Notes under the pieces: model-generated
Told to the model about the DNA's origin: nothing
Seen by the model: only the letters and a program-made list of their open reading frames with translations
Database searches by the model: none
Position numbers and translations under genes: made by a program
Origin: Eledone cirrhosa
Taxonomy: Eukaryota
Assembly (NCBI GenBank): GCA_964016885.1
Contig: OZ024746.1
Span: 80,414,001-80,478,000, forward strand
DNA: 64,000 nt
Reading direction: 5' to 3'
Shown: positions 13,350-26,372 of the stretch, piece by piece
Layout: each line of letters begins with the position of its first letter
Numbering within the stretch: the first letter of the stretch is position 1

Positions 13350-13960
13350 CATGGTGGCTGCCAACTCGTTTTCGAGTACGGCCACTACTTTATATCCATG
13401 TAGGAGAACCCTTACCGATGTGCTGAATGAGTGTGACTTTTTAGTCCAGCCAGCGACTTGAAAACTCTGGTACAAACACTACACATGTGACAATTATTGA
13501 CACATAGTTCTGGACCCATGTTACCATGTGATGACAAGTGCAGATAGATCTCCAGATATAAAGCAATGCCTGTGCCGTGAAGCTTTTATAGTGAGCAAAG
13601 GCACTGCACAAAGCCAGTCCCACTCTCTTAACCAAGATGATATTTACCAAAAAGAAGAACAAGTCAACATCATTGGATACCATCAGGGTTGCAGGTGTTA
13701 TATCAGAGTTTTCCTTCTCCTGGAATTCTGCCTTGACAAAGGCTAAGGAGTCATCTCTCCCGGTGATTTTGGATGGCCATTGACTCTTAAGAGCTCCTTT
13801 GCCCTTTGACAGGTTTTGTTTTTAGTCCTGCAGGATATCCAAAGTCACCCTCCTCACCAAGAAACCTTGGTGGGGTTGCCAGTTTAGTCGCCAACGACCC
13901 GACCATGAGACAGGTTGTACTGGGATACATGTTACCAGTAGCACAAGCTGGTGACCTGAC
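13350..13960 (-). mobile_element. Non-autonomous RTE-derived element, ~610 bp (copy 1)
   Basis: Near-identical reverse complement of 17913-18520. RTE-type 3' end CGTACTCGAAAACGAGTTGGCAGCCACCAT. Flanked by (TACA)n on both sides. Confidence 0.85.
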
Positions 13961-14108
13961 ATACATACATACATACATACATACATACATACATACATAC
14001 ATACATACATACATACATACATGCATACATGATGGCTGCCCCCTCGTTATCGAGTATGGCCATTGCACGAGAAGAAAAAAAAAATAATAATAATAATAAA
14101 TAAATAAA

Positions 14109-14139
<31 letters not shown>

Positions 14140-14204
14140 TAAAAATAAAAATAAAAATAAAAATTTTTAAAAAAATTATACATACATACATACATACATA
14201 CATA

Positions 14205-14343
14205 CTAGATCTAGCTGTCGAAACGGCCGAAGCTCAGCCTTCGGGGTCCTGACTCTTTTCCTATTATCCACTCTACTACCCTTTGCATCGAGTACTCTGG
14301 TGCGTTATGGTCCACCTGGCTCCTTACCACACTTTCTTCGTTA
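14205..14343 (+). mobile_element. Family A repeat, unfolded copy
   Basis: CTAGCTGTCGAAACGGCC..CGGGGTCCTGACTC..GAGTACTCTGGTGCGTTATGGTCCACCTGG..TTCGTTATA is colinear with 23727-23865. Confidence 0.75.
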
Positions 14344-14344
14344 T

Positions 14345-14384
<40 letters not shown>

Positions 14385-14389
14385 GGTGT

Positions 14390-14718
14390 GTGTTAGACCT
14401 CCGTCGGTTCCGACGGCGAGTGTTCCAGTTGTTTCGATTAATGGTACAGTTTGCTCATGAAATTTACCTGCAAGTGGCTGAGCATTCCACAGGCACGTGT
14501 ACTCTTAACGTAGTTCTCAGGCTGATTCAGCGTTACAGGGTGTGTGACAAAACTGGTCCTTTGAATTATAGGTACAACTCATTTTTATCAGCTAAGCAGA
14601 ATTGAGCGACGTGAAATAAAGAGCCATGCACAAGGATACAACATGCAACCGGGAATTGAGCTCAAGATCTTACGATTATGAGCCAAAATTCTAACCACGA
14701 AGCCACTCAACTTCACAC
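14390..14718 (-). mobile_element. CORE-like tRNA-derived SINE, near full length
   Basis: Minus strand has a tRNA-like head (GTGGCTTCGTGGTTAG..TCAATTCC) and a TGTATCCTTGTGCATGGCTCTTTAT core-like segment. The tail is shared with 28295-28440, 28950-29110, 36080-36246 and 56660-56800. Confidence 0.75.
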
Positions 14719-15469
14719 CTAATATATATATATATATGTGTGAAAAAATGGGGAGAAGAATACTGCAGGTTGCACATGGATAACATGTTATAAAATGAGT
14801 CCCTCATCAGTGATTTGCCAACGATCATAGATATTTCATTGCATTAAAAATCATATACCTCACGTTGGTGCAATAATAACTAAATTAAGTTATTAGGACA
14901 ATTAAAACGCGTAAAGCGAGTGAGACAAGTAAACAACAAAGAGGAAAGCTAACCGTAGATAGGAAGGGAACAAGCTACATAATTATTCTGTTAGCATAAG
15001 CTGGGTGAATATATGAGCACTTAGAAAAAAGACCTTTCGAGATGAATCCAAATGTAAGAAAGAAGGAAAATGTATTCGTCGCGAACGGGGTGAAGTGAGA
15101 AGGGGAGAAACAGTGAGTCAGTGAATGGAAGTGTGAGGAAGAGTTAACTGACATGACAGAGGGGGCGAAAGAAAGTAGGAGAAACAGAGAGAACGAGGGA
15201 GCAGTAAGAGAGAGAGAAAAACAGAATCGCAGTTTAGGTAAATATATGTGAAAAAATTATATATATATATGATACTGTAGATTTGGGTGGAAGATGAAAA
15301 CTCCACTATTCAGATGTGATGCCAGAAATCACTCAACAGATGGGAGTGGGAATAATCACAAGACCCCGGCTGTCGGAATGTGTTATGGACTTAATTCCAC
15401 TGGGAGGGAAGAATTACCTCTTGACGCTGAAAGAGGAAGTTTATGGGTGGAGGAAGTTTATGCGCCAAA

Positions 15470-16240
15470 CAGAGAGTTCTAAAATGTATCCTAATGGGAG
15501 ATTTCAATACATATATTGGCACTGACCACCTGACATTGAAAAAAGTGATTAGAAGGAATAGTGATCCCGATCTAGATACGAATGAAGAGGCCTTATTAGA
15601 CTTCTGTTCTAGTAATGGGTTCGCTGCTATAAATACCTTCTTCCAGATTAAAGTCATCCATTAAAACACATGGTATAAAGGAAATCGGGGACAAAGATCA
15701 ATAATTGATTGTGTTGTTGTCTCTGATCTCTTCGATTCTGTGCTGGATGTTCGTATTTAGAGAGGAGCTAAGCTTCCAACTGATCACAATCTAGAGACTA
15801 CCTAAAGATGGTAGGCCCAGCTCGACCTACAGGATAAAATGGGAAGCGCTGGCTGACAAGGAGGTAAGGACCAGGAAAACGGAAACACCGAGCTAGCTGA
15901 GGACATTGTTACCTGTTGCTAACTCTTAAATGCTGCGAGCGAAAGTAGCTTGGTGTAGCGCCGCATGGCACGAGGACCCCTTTGTTCAATCAAGAAATCA
16001 AAGATGCCATCCGAGGAAAGTATCAGACTCACAAAGCTTGGCTTAGAAATACGTCCTCTTTCTTGCGGATGAGAAAAGTTGCAGCAGAGACAGTAAAAGT
16101 GTTCTATGTTAAGTCATGGGAGGACTTTGGTGTTCAGCAGGAACCCGACTTCAGATCAGCAAATAAAGTATTCTGGCAGACCATCTCTCGACTTCGTTAT
16201 AAGAAGTCCCCCTCCACGCCTGCTATCAGGAACGCGTCGG
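15470..16240 (+). mobile_element. RTE-clade LINE AP-endonuclease and linker fragment (decayed)
   Basis: ILMGDFNTYIGTD..NEEALLDFCSSNGFAAINTFFQ..H*NTWY..QRSIIDCVVV, and later FNQEIKDAIRGK..KSWEDFG..SANKVFWQTISRLR. Confidence 0.9.
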
Positions 16241-16349
16241 GGTTCTCCTCTCTTCAGAAGTTTCAGCTTGGTTGCTTATTCTTATATGTCAAAGTTGTAC
16301 ATGCCTGGCTAGTGACTTGATCTTAAATTTGTGGAAACTACAGCAATTC

Positions 16350-16396
16350 CAGGGCTGTCGAAACGTCCGGAGATCAGCCGTCGGGGTCCTGACTCC

Positions 16397-16400
<4 letters not shown>
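16350..16400 (+). mobile_element. Family A repeat, short stub before (TA)n
   Basis: GCTGTCGAAACGTCCGGAGATCAGCCGTCGGGGTCCTGACTCCTTTC. Confidence 0.65.
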
Positions 16401-16440
<40 letters not shown>

Positions 16441-16447
16441 AATAATA

Positions 16448-16639
16448 ATAATTGTTTCTACTTTTGGCACAAGGCCAGCAATTACCCAGTGCATTACTGG
16501 TACTTTATTTTATCGACCCCCGTAAGGATGAAAGGCAAAGTGAACCTCGGCGGGATTTGAATTCAAATCGTAAAGGGACGTAACTATGCTGGAAAGCATG
16601 GCGTCCGACCCTCTACCGATACTGCCAATCCCCCGCCCT
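16448..16639 (-). mobile_element. tRNA-headed SINE (~190 bp), homogeneous subfamily
   Basis: Reverse complement has an A-box-like TGGCAGTATCGG, B box ATTCAAATCC, central GCCTTTCATCCTTACGGGGGTCGATAAAATAAAGTACCAG and tail GGCCTTGTGCCAAAAGTAGAAACAATTATT. Confidence 0.9.
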
Positions 16640-16717
16640 AAGTAACACGTGTAAGAGGTATATAAAGAACTTGTTTTAACGACTTGTAACTCCTTCATTC
16701 GTTCATTCATTTGCTTT

Positions 16718-16824
<107 letters not shown>

Positions 16825-17182
16825 GTGTGTCTGAGTGTACATATACATGTGTCCGCACACACATATGTATGTATGTATGCATGTTTTCACTCTGTTATGT
16901 ATTGGGTACTTTCCGCCCCATTATGAATTCACGTGTGACTTTTTTCATGCTCACAATGTGTGATAAAGGGCAGCTAATAACTCGAAAACAAGCATTATCA
17001 AAGAGTTTATGGATAAATCATAAAATACAAAAAAATGTCAACAAGTGTAGACATGAGCCCAATTTCCATGGGTCTTTTGCTTTATGCCATTTATTTACTT
17101 AGTATTGTCTGTGTACACCAAACATTGTTACAAAGGAAAATATAAACTAAATGTCTGTGTTTGTTTATTTGTGTATGTGTGT

Positions 17183-17260
<78 letters not shown>

Positions 17261-17440
17261 ATCAGTGGTTCTCAATGATTATTTATTCATTTATTCATTT
17301 ATGTATTTATACTTTGAGGCTCAGTGGGAATTAAAATGCAAAAGAAAAAAACTGCTGACGCATTTCGTATGGAAATTAAACAATAAAATCTACGTTTTAA
17401 ACTGAGACATAGAGTAAAAAACAAGAATATGTGTGTGTGC

Positions 17441-17508
<68 letters not shown>

Positions 17509-17538
17509 TTCTCTCTCTCTCCCTCTCTCTCTCTCTCT

Positions 17539-17603
<65 letters not shown>

Positions 17604-17637
17604 TATCTCTATTATCTATCTATCTATCTAGCTATCA

Positions 17638-17708
<71 letters not shown>

Positions 17709-17796
17709 ATAATAATAAATTTGAAGACTAAAATCCAAAGAGGGCTCGATAAGGATAAATATATATCAAATATATAAGAACCGTAGAGCAAATATT

Positions 17797-17855
17797 TATT
17801 AAAATAACAGATTAAAGTTTAAGCAAAGAATCGCTGCTTAAACTTTAATCTGTTA

Positions 17856-17863
<8 letters not shown>
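17797..17863. repeat. Perfect 29-bp inverted repeat with a 9-nt loop, abutting (TA)n
   Basis: TATTAAAATAACAGATTAAAGTTTAAGCA-aagaatcgc-TGCTTAAACTTTAATCTGTTATTTTAATA. Confidence 0.95.
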
Positions 17864-17896
<33 letters not shown>

Positions 17897-17912
17897 ATTT
17901 ATATATATATGT

Positions 17913-18651
<739 letters not shown>

Positions 18652-18723
18652 GAACTATGGCCCACCTTGTTTTATTAATCATAGTTCCGTATAACGTCAT
18701 ATTGTAACTCAATCACAATGTGG

Positions 18724-18769
18724 CAAACTGAATATGTTGGTTTTAAACCCAATGAAACTTGAGTATCTG
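18724..18769 (+). ncRNA. Degenerate type I hammerhead-like motif
   Basis: CAAA-CTGAATA-tGTTGG ttttaaac CCAAT-GAAA-CTTGAG-TA-TCTG: G8 is lost from the core, stem II is present and loop 3 is near-palindromic. Confidence 0.4.
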
Positions 18770-20186
18770 TGAAATGCTACTGTTGTGACCTGATTATGCA
18801 CAACTCGTCCCACGGACTGAGTGCTCTAAACCCTGAGATATATTATTCCAAGTATTTACTACTATATATATCTAATGAAGTTTGCACGAATTGACGACCG
18901 GGAAAAATCTTAAATCATGGTAGTACTTCATGCATGATTATTAGGTATAACGAAGAGATAAAGTCCCAACGTTAAACCCTTCTGTTACATCTTAGTTTCC
19001 CAGTCATGCCGACGCTTATATACGTTTATAGTGGGTGTTTTTTGTTTTGTTTTGTTTTTTGTCTATTGTTAATGCTATAACGTCCTACAGAATATATCTA
19101 TAGAATTGTAGTCCCCACTGTGTATATAGGCAAATGTAAAGATCTTGTATATTCCAATTTCTTTGTAAACTGCGCATCTCCCTTACCATCCTCCGGGAAA
19201 CGCCTTCTCCATTCTGTCTGCCGGGGCTGTGGGGAGGTCAGCACGTGAGACCCCATTTTCTCACCATACAGAGAGATGGAGGCGATGACAGTGGGAGTTC
19301 GGCTCTTCCACGTTCGGAGCATATCCTTGTGGTTGTGTTCATTATCTATAGAGTTTGTCATAAAAGGAAACCATTGATAGCTTCCGTTTTTACTTGGTAT
19401 TCCTAGTTGAATCATTAGACTATTTAATTGATACGAACTAATTTCAATCTTGTGTTGGGATTTCATCAATGACTGAGTACTTTCTTTAACTATTCACGAA
19501 GACCAGGCTTTATTTTAAGTAAATTCTAAAACAGCGTAAATCTTTGAAGCGGGTACAAGGACTCAGTCTTTGATATTTTATTAGTCTGAGAAGCACTTGT
19601 AATGGCTGCCGTAAGGACGAGGGAGATGCGCTGAAAGAGATGTGAGGCTATATTAAGAAAGAGTGGACTAGAGACACTATCAGGTGTTTTGGCTGTCATT
19701 GTAGTTTAAGATATTGTTAGGCAGCATCAGGTGACGAAACAGTAAAAAAAAAAAGGCTTAAATAAAACAAAGAAACAAAGAAGGAAGAAACAAGAAACAA
19801 AACTCTACTAATCCATCATTTCTTTGAAACTATGTTGCGGAAACTGTGACACCTTTACAAATGTCCATTCATCCATATCGAAATGGATTTTAATTGACCT
19901 AACCTCTTTCTATGCTAATCTTTCAAAGCGCGGTATAAAGCCATTCTTCAAACCAGACTCCATAGCAGGCAAAAATTCTTACCATTCTTGAAATAAATCC
20001 TTGATAAAATGTCACGCTTTTTTTTATTATTTTATTACATTTGTTTTTTGCACGTGTTTATATTGTAGTATAACATGGAAAGGGGGGAGTGAGAGAGAGA
20101 GAGGAAGAGAGACGTTGAAATGAAGGAAGAGAAGAGAGAATAAGAGAGGTAGAAGAGTAGAGAGAGAGAGAGAGAGAGAGAGGGGG

Positions 20187-20475
20187 AGAAGAAGAAGAAG
20201 AAGAAGAAGAAGAAGAAGAAGAAGAAGAAGAAGAAGAAGAAGAAGAAGAAGAAGAAGAAGAAGGAGGAGGAGGAGGAGGAGGAGGAGAAGAAGAAGAAGA
20301 AGAAGAAGAAGAAGAAGAAGAAGAAGAAGAAGAAGAAGAAGAAGAAGAAGAAGAGAAGAAGAAGAAGAAGAAGAAGAAGAAGAAGAAGAAGAAGAAGAAG
20401 AAGAAGGAGGAGGAAGAGAAGAAGAAGAAGAAGAAGAAGAAGAAGAAGAAGAAGAAGAAGAAGAAGAAGAAGAAA
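20187..20475. repeat. (GAA)n/(GGA)n microsatellite
   Basis: Direct reading. Confidence 0.95.
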
Positions 20476-20477
20476 GA

Positions 20478-20655
20478 TTGATTTATAATTTAGGCACAAA
20501 GCCAGTAAACTTGGAGGGAGAGCAAAGCTGATTAAATCAACCCCAGTATTTGACTGGTACTTCATTTTATCGACCCTGAAAGGATAAAAGACAAAGTTGA
20601 TCTCGACGGGATATGAACTGAGAATGTAAAGAGCTAGAACAAATAACGCAACACC
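20478..20655 (-). mobile_element. tRNA-headed SINE, older copy
   Basis: TTTAGGCACAAAGCCAG..GACTGGTACTTCATTTTATCGACCCTGAAAGGATAAAAGACAAAGTTGA. Confidence 0.85.
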
Positions 20656-22829
20656 ATGAGACGAATTCGGATGAATATATAAAATATATTAATAGCATAT
20701 GATTTTTAGTATCCGATATTTTCACGGATTAAATTGAGAGCATGTCGTAAACTGGCCGGTTAAATAAAGGGAAGAATTGACAATCCAGGCCAGATGAAAA
20801 TGTAACCCTTATCTTCTGCGTAAATCGCTTTACAAATAATGTCTCAGCATGCTATCATTAACTCTAATACCGTCATTGTATTTTAACACTAATATCGCCA
20901 TTATAACTTTAAGCACACGTGGTCTGTATCATTTTGTTAAAGAAGTGAACTTTATTACCACGAGGCTCTCTTGCAGAATTGTTCAGTTTATTTAGATTTG
21001 TTGGAGTTGGGGGGGGGGGGGTTAATAAGGTATTCTCTGGGTTTGTTGCACAAATTTTCAAAAAGTAGCGTATTGTGTCAAGAAGTAACCTAACATGAAA
21101 ATCTATAAATTATATCTAAGACAGACATATGTATATATATGTCTGTCTTAAGTCAGAAGGCTCATTAGGCCCCGGTGCTTATCTCGGTTTCATGCCATGA
21201 GGCCACTGAGATTTTCTCAACTTTTATTTATAGTGATCAACTATTATTATAGTCATTTACGTCGGGTCGATTTAGAAGAAAATATCAAAAAAGAGGTTTG
21301 TTAATTCAAATGTTTATAGTATCTTTGTTAGGGGACAGATTGTTGTAAAAATTTGCTATAAACTAAAATAAAGACTTCTAATGTTTAATGTGATGTAATC
21401 ATAGTGCTGTTTTGTACTTTGCAAGAATGTCTTGCTATTGTGGTTTCCTGTGGTACAGGATGTTAAAAGTTAAATCTCTCTTTTTTTTTTTCTAATCGGA
21501 ATATAAAACAACATTGTGAGTGGGGCTTGTTAACAACCTCAACCAACCAGGAAAGGAAGAAAAACATCAGTTTTGACACATAAAATCTATTTTAAAAGAT
21601 AAGGAGGCACTTGATAAATCAGTGCAAAAATCCACTGCTATAAGGAAGCCCCAACGTTTCAGCTCTACATGCTAGAAATAGCAGCCAAATATCCGTCAAA
21701 TATTAAAACATATTTTAAAAATACAAAACAAAATGGATAGTGTGTTCTTAGATACACTTTATAAAAAAAAATAGTAATAATAATAACTGAAATGTCTTTG
21801 ATCAGTACTAAACTGGCGCCTGAATACCATCCCACCCACCAAAACGACGACCACCACAAACAACAACGCGATCATTAACAGATCTGCTAGATTGTAGAAC
21901 GAAATACCTTGCAGTATTTGTTCCGCCTTCGAGTGTTTTGTGTTCAAATCCCAATGTGTGACATACTTGGGGGTTAGTCTTAATCTGTTGCCCAATTTAA
22001 CACCTTGGATGTCTTTAGCAGAGTTCATTCAGTTACAAGAATTCGAATCAGGTCTCCAGTTTGAGAATAACTTGCCTTTCTCTTTCTTCAGTTTCGGAGG
22101 CCCTAAAAACGACTATAGGTACTACTATTCCTTCCCTGGCTAAACAATATAAAAAGAAGCAAGACTTTGTAATTGAGAAGTTATTCATTGTCACACAATG
22201 ATAACTTGTTAGTAATGAGGGACTGACGTCCTATCCTTGGGGCATATATCTTGTATACAATTCACAGCATGGAAACCAGAAAAAAAGTGGCTCAGTCCAT
22301 CTGAGTGTAAATCATTTCTGGGGTATTCAGATTTTTATTCTTGTTTTATAAATTTACAAAATGTTGATATCAAGTCGATCTTTACTTAAAGCTGTCTCTT
22401 GTTATTCTTTAGTTCTAGGTCATCCCTAATCATCTATATCTATGAAAAAAAAAAGCCATTCCGACGGCGACCAACCCGTCTTTCTATACATCCAAGACTA
22501 GATTATCAAATGTTCGTACTTTTTTAAGACACTGTAAGAAATGTGTGATTTTATGGAGTTGTGATTGTCCGATATATCTAGCAAGTTGAGTAACTGGGTA
22601 GAGGGTCCCTCATTGATTATGTATATTTTCATTTTTTTTTTTTAATTGGTAGGATCAGTTTTCAGGCTGATTTACCTTCTATTTCTAGCAAATCAGCGGC
22701 TTGACTGTTATTGTTTTCTAACCATAGGTCAGCCGTGATGAAGCAGATCTATGGACTAAGACCTTCAAGACATCAACATACCATCTTTTTCAGACATACT
22801 GCATCTATACACACAGTACCGAGTGTGTA

Positions 22830-22875
22830 AATGTCCCCGACGAAGATCAAAATCCAGAAACAGCTGTCTGGCATT
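22830..22875 (+). ncRNA. Degenerate type I hammerhead-like motif heading a ~180-bp putative PLE tail
   Basis: AATGTCC-CCGACGA-agatcaaaatcca-GAAA-CAGCTG-TC-TGGCATT: stem I AATGTC/GGCATT, palindromic ACAGCTGT and a GUC site. Confidence 0.5.
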
Positions 22876-23320
22876 CTCACACACTACTAAGAAAGCTGTG
22901 ATATAATCACAGCTTAAAACATTCATAGCGGGACCCTCATATGTTTATTTTACAACCCTGTTATGAACCACGTGCTACTGCTAATTAACATGATATTTAT
23001 GACTATATTATCGAACATGTCTTGTTTTAAGGTAGTAGGAAATAATTTAAGGGAAATTTGACTGCTATTTCTGGCAGGTGAAAAAAAAGTGAGAGCGTAG
23101 AGAGCTGCCATATTGGGTCCTCAGTTTGTCTGTTACTACAGACTAGTAAAACAATACTTTATTCACATGTGAGAGACAACACTTTATCAGTGAAGTGTCG
23201 ACTGGTGCATTGCCATGTAAGGTTCAGTAAATACACTTCCTCAACACAATGACAACGACAGACAGAAATCTTCAATACTATAGTGAATTGTATATTTACT
23301 CACACACTCCCATATGTATG

Positions 23321-23352
<32 letters not shown>

Positions 23353-23372
23353 AAATCCTTGGTACAGTTAGG

Positions 23373-23617
23373 TATATTTGAAAAAAGGAAAAGAATGACT
23401 TCACTTGTAGTTCTAAACAATTTGATTTAATTTTATAATATTATAATATTATGAGTTGGTAGATCTAGTAAGTTCTTTGTTAACTTCGGTGTCTTTAAAA
23501 TCCTGCCACCGAAGTTAACAAAGAACTTACTAGATCTACCAACTCATAATATTATAATATTATAAAATTAAATCAAATTGTTTAGAACTACAAGTGAAGT
23601 CATTCTTTTCCTTTTTT

Positions 23618-23625
<8 letters not shown>
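23373..23625. repeat. 119-bp inverted repeat with a 15-nt loop, abutting (TA)n
   Basis: Arms 23373-23491 and 23507-23625 read as reverse complements; loop TCTTTAAAATCCTGC. Confidence 0.95.
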
Positions 23626-23670
<45 letters not shown>

Positions 23671-23673
<3 letters not shown>

Positions 23674-23865
23674 CAAGTAAGACCCCGACGGCTGAGCTCA
23701 AGCCGTTTCGACGGCTAATTCTGGACGTCCAGAATTAGCCGTCGAAACGGCTTGAGCTCAGCCATCGGGGTCTTACTTGTTCCTATTACCCACTCTACTA
23801 CCCTAAGTATTGAGTACTTTGGTGCGTTATGGTCTACTTGGTTCCTTACCACATTTCCTTCGTTA
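23671..23865 (+). mobile_element. Family A repeat with a loop-less 5' fold-back (56-bp arms) inside (TA)n
   Basis: Arms 23671-23726 and 23727-23782 with one mismatch, centred on CTGGAC|GTCCAG. A unique tail runs on to TTCCTTCGTTATA. Confidence 0.8.
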
Positions 23866-23952
23866 TATATATATATATATATAAAATATTTATACTCTGC
23901 TATGTATTGAGAACCTTACTTGCTGTGGTTACCCCTGATTGAACCCGAGATT

Positions 23953-24057
<105 letters not shown>

Positions 24058-24436
24058 ATGTATGTATATTTATATATATGTCTGTGTGTACATATATGTC
24101 AGACGCTGTGACCCCGGGTGCACTAGCAGTACCGTTGGTCGGGTCGAAACTGACTAAGTCCACCACAACGGCCGATGACCCTGGAATTCTGTGTCTTTCG
24201 TTTGTATTTTTATTTTTAAAAAAAAAAACATTTTTATAAGGTTCCCCATAAAAAAATTTGTTTCGTTTTGTTTTGTTTTCGTCCGTTTTCTTGTCCTCAC
24301 TTTATTAATTTTCCTCAGTTTATCATTATATGTGTGTGTGTGTGTGTGTGTGTGTGATTGTGTGTGTGTGTGTGCGCACAGATATATGTATGCATACACA
24401 TATATGTATGAATGTATATATATATGTGACTGTGTG

Positions 24437-24515
<79 letters not shown>

Positions 24516-25119
24516 CATATATACATTTATAGAGGACATTTATAATCAAATGGTATACTATTTCACGTCTGTAATTGTCTATCCTTTAAATAGAAATTGT
24601 TGGGGGGTCAAATGTCCGTCCACTCGTACCGGAGACGATCGTTATGAATTGGTCAAGCGATACATTTTGCACTCATTGACCTAAGGACCTTTTTTTTCTT
24701 TCTCTTGTGATGGTCTCATTTTTTTCATTTTTGTGAGCAACTACAGCAACAAAGGTGTTTCGTTTCATCCAAATGATTTTTCACCTCATATTTTTTTATA
24801 TTTTGAAACGCACAAAAATCCTGTCACCGCCCACATAGTAGCTGACACACCCATAATTGGAAGATGTCAAGCCAAATCAGAGACCCTCTATATGTCTTCA
24901 TTTGACATGCTAGAAATAGTAGCTAATCCCTTATTCCTACCATGCCCGTCACCATGTTTCAGTGTTCGATGGGTGCTTCAGAGTATATTTGGTAGGTAAT
25001 ATAATTCGCAATAGCTGTAAGAGTAAGTCTCGAAATAAGCAAATCACTATAATATATTTATTAATATGATGGTGCCCCATTGTAGGGGGCACCCAGAGTA
25101 GGGGGCAGGGGGGTGGGGG

Positions 25120-26185
25120 GTCACCCTCTCTATATCTACCAAAACACCGACTCTCTTATCCCCTCTCTACTCTCTATATCTAACACTAATACACTCATCC
25201 CTCTCTATAAATATCTACACTTATCTCTCCCAATCCCCCTCTATTTATCTACTACACGGCACTTTCCCATTACCCCTCTCTATATATCTACCACCACTAA
25301 ATTCTCCCCCCTCTCTATATCAAACATACAAAACACTCTGCCAATCTCCGTCTTTATATCAATCATCTCCAAACTCTTCCTATCACCATCTCAATCACAC
25401 TCTGCTGCAATCGTTCTCTCTCTATCAATCACAAACTACCCCCTCTATATCTTATACGACAATGCCTCATCCCGTCCCCCTCTATATATTTAGCAATATT
25501 TTCCTCTCCCAACCTTCTCATTATATCTACAAGCACTTGAGGGCCGTGGATTGGCAGTATCGGTAGAGGGTCGGACGCCATGCTTTCCAGCATAGTTACG
25601 TCTCTTTACGATCTGAGTTCAAATCCCGCCGAGGTTGACTTTGCCTTTCATCCTTACAGGGTCGATAAAATAAAGTACCAGTAATGCACTGGGTGATTGC
25701 TGGCCTTGTGCCTAAAGTAGAAACAATTATATCTACAAGCACTGAAATCTACCCGTCTCTATATTTACTACACGGAACTCTCTTCTAATACCCCTCTCTA
25801 TATCTATTAACACCAAAGTCTCCTCCTCTCTATATCTAATATCCAACACTCTCTTCCAGCCTCCCTCTATATATCAGTTACCACTAAACTACACCCCCTC
25901 TATATATCTACCATACAAATCTCTCTCTCATTCCCTCTCAATATATATCCATCACTACCAAAGTCTACCCCTCTCTATATCATCAATACAACATTCTCTC
26001 CCAATCCCCCTCTCTATATCAATTAACACCAAACTCTCCCCCTCTCTATATTTACTCCACGACACTCTCTTCCAATCCCCCTCTCTATATCAATTAGCAC
26101 CAAACTCTCCTCCTCTCTATATCTACTACGCCGAACTCTCTTCCATTCCTCCATTCTATATCTATATCTATCTCTCTCTCTTCTA
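25120..26185. repeat. Degenerate CT-rich minisatellite interrupted by a SINE
   Basis: Recurring CCCCTCTCTATATCTAC..ACTCTC units of ~30-35 bp. Confidence 0.8.
25538..25728 (+). mobile_element. Full-length tRNA-headed SINE with a target-site duplication
   Basis: Full consensus. TTATATCTACAAGCACT lies at 25521-25537 and 25727-25743. Confidence 0.95.
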
Positions 26186-26284
26186 TCTCTTTATAATATG
26201 TACGGTCATTGTAGGGCATATACAAATAGATGTGTTTTGGTGTTTGGGGAGCAAAATATAATTATTGTGTGCGTGTGTGCGTGC

Positions 26285-26372
<88 letters not shown>

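Noticed and set aside
19098-19469. 123-aa ORF, possibly a LINE ORF1 remnant
   Set aside because: I could not recognise a diagnostic motif; a BLASTX or HMM search is needed.
24098-24200. Hammerhead in CTGTGACCCCG..CGGGTCGAAACTGACTAAGTC
   Set aside because: The core lacks a full CUGANGA and no stem I can be formed.
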